A stretch of DNA of 63,944 bases, filler included, from Reticulomyxa filosa (taxonomy: Eukaryota; Protista; Foraminifera), in NCBI GenBank assembly GCA_000512085.1. It is 24 parts of 24 records of this genome, joined end to end, with 100 filler letters (N's around TTAATTAATTAA, not from the genome) between each part and the next. Parts side by side here need not be neighbours in the genome. Positions count along the whole stretch, not along the records: positions 62,498 to 63,944 come from ASPP01019511.1; 23 more parts are not named here. One strand, written 5' to 3'. The notes under the pieces were generated by a model. It saw nothing but the letters and a program-made list of their open reading frames with translations, was not told the origin of the DNA and ran no database searches. Within the stretch, counting starts at the first letter, position 1; each line of letters begins with the position of its first letter. Shown piece by piece: positions 62,498 through 63,944 of this stretch. The position numbers and the translations under genes are program-made.

Positions 62498-63849
62498 TAC
62501 AAATACAAATACAAATACAAATGCAAATGAAAAAGGAAAGGTAAAGGAACAAGCCAATGCGAATGACACAGCGGTGACACTAAATGCGGCAATTCTGGCA
62601 ATCGGAAAGGACGATCTTGATGACGAAGAGGAAGAACCGGTCACTACCAAAACAAAGAAAAGAAGCAGAAATACTTTGAGTTTGGGTGGAGGCATTGACT
62701 CGCAAAACTTTATGTCGCAACTATTGGATATGCCTGAAATGTATGCAATATATCATATATATATATATTGTATATTTTTCATTCTGCAACTTTTTTGGTT
62801 TCAATTTATAAATACTTTGGTTTTAGTCAATCTTTTTTTCTTTTAATGAATAATAATAACAATTATATTATCATTATTATTATTATTTAAAAAACAGAAA
62901 GGACAAGGCACCGACAAACACGCCGACTGATCCAAGAGATGATGATAAGAAAGAAGAGCCAGCTCACGAAAGTGAGGACAAACACAAAAAGGACAATGAC
63001 AGCACACAAGACAAGAAAGACATCGCGACGAATGCAAATGGCGACAAAGAGGACAAACATGTGACTGCGGATAGCTTAGATAGTGGAACTGGAAACGAAT
63101 TAGAAACCGAAACAGAGGCAGAAATAGAGCCGACATCACCCGGAGAAACGGGCAGCAGCAAAAGCGAAAGTACAGACGTGGATACAAATGGAACAGACGA
63201 AGAAAGGGCCCAATTGATTGAGTCCTTTTTAGAACTTAAAGAACCACAGATTAATTGGAAGATGGTCGAATTCTTTGCGAAAACCAGTTCAGATGTACGC
63301 TTTTACTACTTTTTTTTTTTTTTTGCATAAATTGTGTACGCATACTAATTTATACACGTGACTTTTTTTAAAAAAGCACACTTTTGAATTTTGTTGTGAT
63401 CAAAGACGTAATTCATGTGTTAATGGGCTATTTGTCCAGAATGCCTGAAGAGGTAACGACTTGGCAGAAGAATATACAAATTGATTATGACTTTGTCATC
63501 CCACCTACTAGAAGTCTGTCCTCAGAAGAAAATTCCGAAATTAGTGCTGCTCAATTGTACGATCTTTTTTTTTTTTGCTGTTTATATTTATGACAATGTA
63601 ACATTATGTGCCGTACACGATGGACAGATCGTACTCATTGATACGTATGCTCTCGAGTGAACAAGCAGCGGAGACAGTGAGAGCATTTTTGCTCCGAAAA
63701 TGCCATGAAATTATGTTGCACTCATTGGCCGTGTTTCATCCGCAATCCAAGGGCAATGCTTATCACGGACGAGTAATTTTGGAGATATTGCTTGCTGCTT
63801 GGCCTAAAACGTTTTTCGTCAATTTGACCAATGAAGAGGACTTACAACG
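62498..63849 (+). CDS. Multi-exon fragment, SAPS/PP6 regulatory subunit-like
   Basis: MSQLLD.PE...ELKEP.IN.KMVEFF.K..DVI..LM.YL.R.PE resembles the SAPS N-terminus (E.K..N.KL.EFL....L..YI..P). Confidence 0.45.
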
Positions 63850-63944
63850 TTTTGTTATTTTTTTTTTTTTTTTTTTTTACTTGTCTTTTATTAAACTTAA
63901 AAACAAAACTCGTATTTCATTGATTAATTTCTTTTTTTCTAGTG

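Overview
This window is not one locus. It is 24 short contigs joined by an artificial 100-bp spacer (N44-TTAATTAATTAA-N44, 23 copies), so adjacency across spacers means nothing. Twenty-two contigs are AT-rich, intron-containing eukaryotic DNA. A divergent MVREI-type (type 2-like) beta-tubulin, decayed WD40 genes and homopolymer-rich short introns point to a foraminiferan such as Reticulomyxa (inference). Recognisable eukaryotic genes or fragments: VPS28, arginyl-tRNA synthetase, an EF-hand protein, a tandem-SAM protein, a trypsin-like protease, a multi-pass membrane protein, a WNK-like tail, a bile-acid:Na symporter, COMMD10, eIF3c, a Cdc123/R2K-like ATP-grasp protein, an FtsX-like permease, a SAP/THO1-like protein, a TPT-family transporter, a USP, RIO1, a C2H2 zinc-finger protein, ADA2, HIBCH and SAPS-like fragments. 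Two contigs (18204-19359 and 25630-26636) are high-GC bacterial DNA, carrying an aldolase plus an Imm11-like gene plus a ThDP enzyme, and ugpQ-ugpB. Mobile DNA includes a TA-flanked Tc1-like TIR family with about 8 termini (one complete ~1-kb foldback copy and one terminus fused to a DDE fragment), a 126-bp solo-LTR-like insert with a 4-bp target duplication, and decayed LINE-like elements. I see no complete new multi-gene system. The best leads are the poly(A)-tract splice acceptors, extreme mirror-image C/G depletion in two coding exons, the transposon family, an apparently bacteria-like secreted-protein gene in host context, and a structured GC-rich island at 52158-52485.
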